DNA of 64,000 nucleotides, taken from the NCBI GenBank assembly GCA_965214405.1, contig OZ243956.1:256001-320000 (forward strand). Reading direction: 5' to 3'. The translations under genes were made by a program, and so were the position numbers. Numbering within the stretch: the first letter of the stretch is position 1; every line of letters starts with the position of its first letter. Shown here one piece after another: positions 63,545 to 64,000 of the stretch. Source of the DNA: Trueperaceae bacterium (GTDB lineage: Bacteria; Deinococcota; Deinococci; Deinococcales; Trueperaceae). The notes under the pieces were generated by a model, which did no database searches, had not been told where the DNA came from, and worked only from the letters and a program-made list of their open reading frames with translations.

Positions 63545-64000
63545 ATGCCTCACACGCTCAGCGGACGCATCCTTACGCCAAGCGGTTTTGTGGAGGGCGC
63601 GCTCAGCTTTGGCTCTCACATTGAAACGATTGATGGTGAAACGGTTGACGGCGAGAGGGTTCCTGCAGGGCTCGAGCCGCTCACAGACGGCCGCCTCATC
63701 CTCCCCGGCTTTATCGACACGCACGTCCACGGCGGCGGGGGCGGCGACACGGTGGACGGCCCCGAGGGCGTGCGGACGCTCGCGCGTTTTCACGTGCGGC
63801 GCGGCGTGACCACGCTTTATCCGACGACGATTACAGCCCCGTGGGAAAACGTGTTGGCGGCGTTGCGGGGCGTCCGGGAGCTCTTGGGGGAGGGCGGCGC
63901 GGATTTGCCGAGCATTCCGGGCGCGCACCTAGAGGGTCCATTCATCTCTCCTCAAAGGCTGGGGGCGCAGCCGCCTCATACTCTGGAGCCCACCCCGGCA
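63545..64000 (+). CDS. nagA: N-acetylglucosamine-6-phosphate deacetylase (partial)
   Basis: ILPGFIDTHVHG, YPTTIT, HLEGPFISP..LGAQ. Confidence 0.92.
   Translation, partial: MPHTLSGRILTPSGFVEGALSFGSHIETIDGETVDGERVPAGLEPLTDGRLILPGFIDTHVHGGGGGDTVDGPEGVRTLARFHVRRGVTTLYPTTITAPWENVLAALRGVRELLGEGGADLPSIPGAHLEGPFISPQRLGAQPPHTLEPTPA

Overview
High-GC bacterial chromosome segment, most likely Deinococcota (Truepera/Deinococcus-like), judged from the tuf-rpsJ junction, many leaderless TAnnnT-N5-7-ATG genes, and the HspR-DnaJ and argG-GNAT-argH layouts. 1-7.4 kb is an accessory island. It holds at least seven complete type II toxin-antitoxin (TA) pairs, a partial HEPN-like gene, an interrupted DUF433 gene, an orphan Phd and a type IV pilin. 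In the first 5 kb the TA modules are separated by a locus-specific, same-orientation CTCGAG-anchored repeat family, giving a cassette-array-like architecture. SRP RNA follows, then the str-S10-spc-alpha ribosomal superoperon on the minus strand (7.7-28.4 kb). The rest is housekeeping (smc, birA, hspR-dnaJ, telA, arg cluster, rnhA, antiporter, crp, nagA) plus two related ISKra4/ISLre2-like IS elements with intact TIRs and target duplications. Best leads: the repeat-spaced TA array, an Arg-rich leader peptide/attenuator before argG, an S8-binding-site mimic before rpsH, a ~110-bp TA-targeting MITE family (4 copies, one disrupting a gene), and hairpin+T4-5C6 slippage sites in both transposases. 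All calls were made by eye without database searches.
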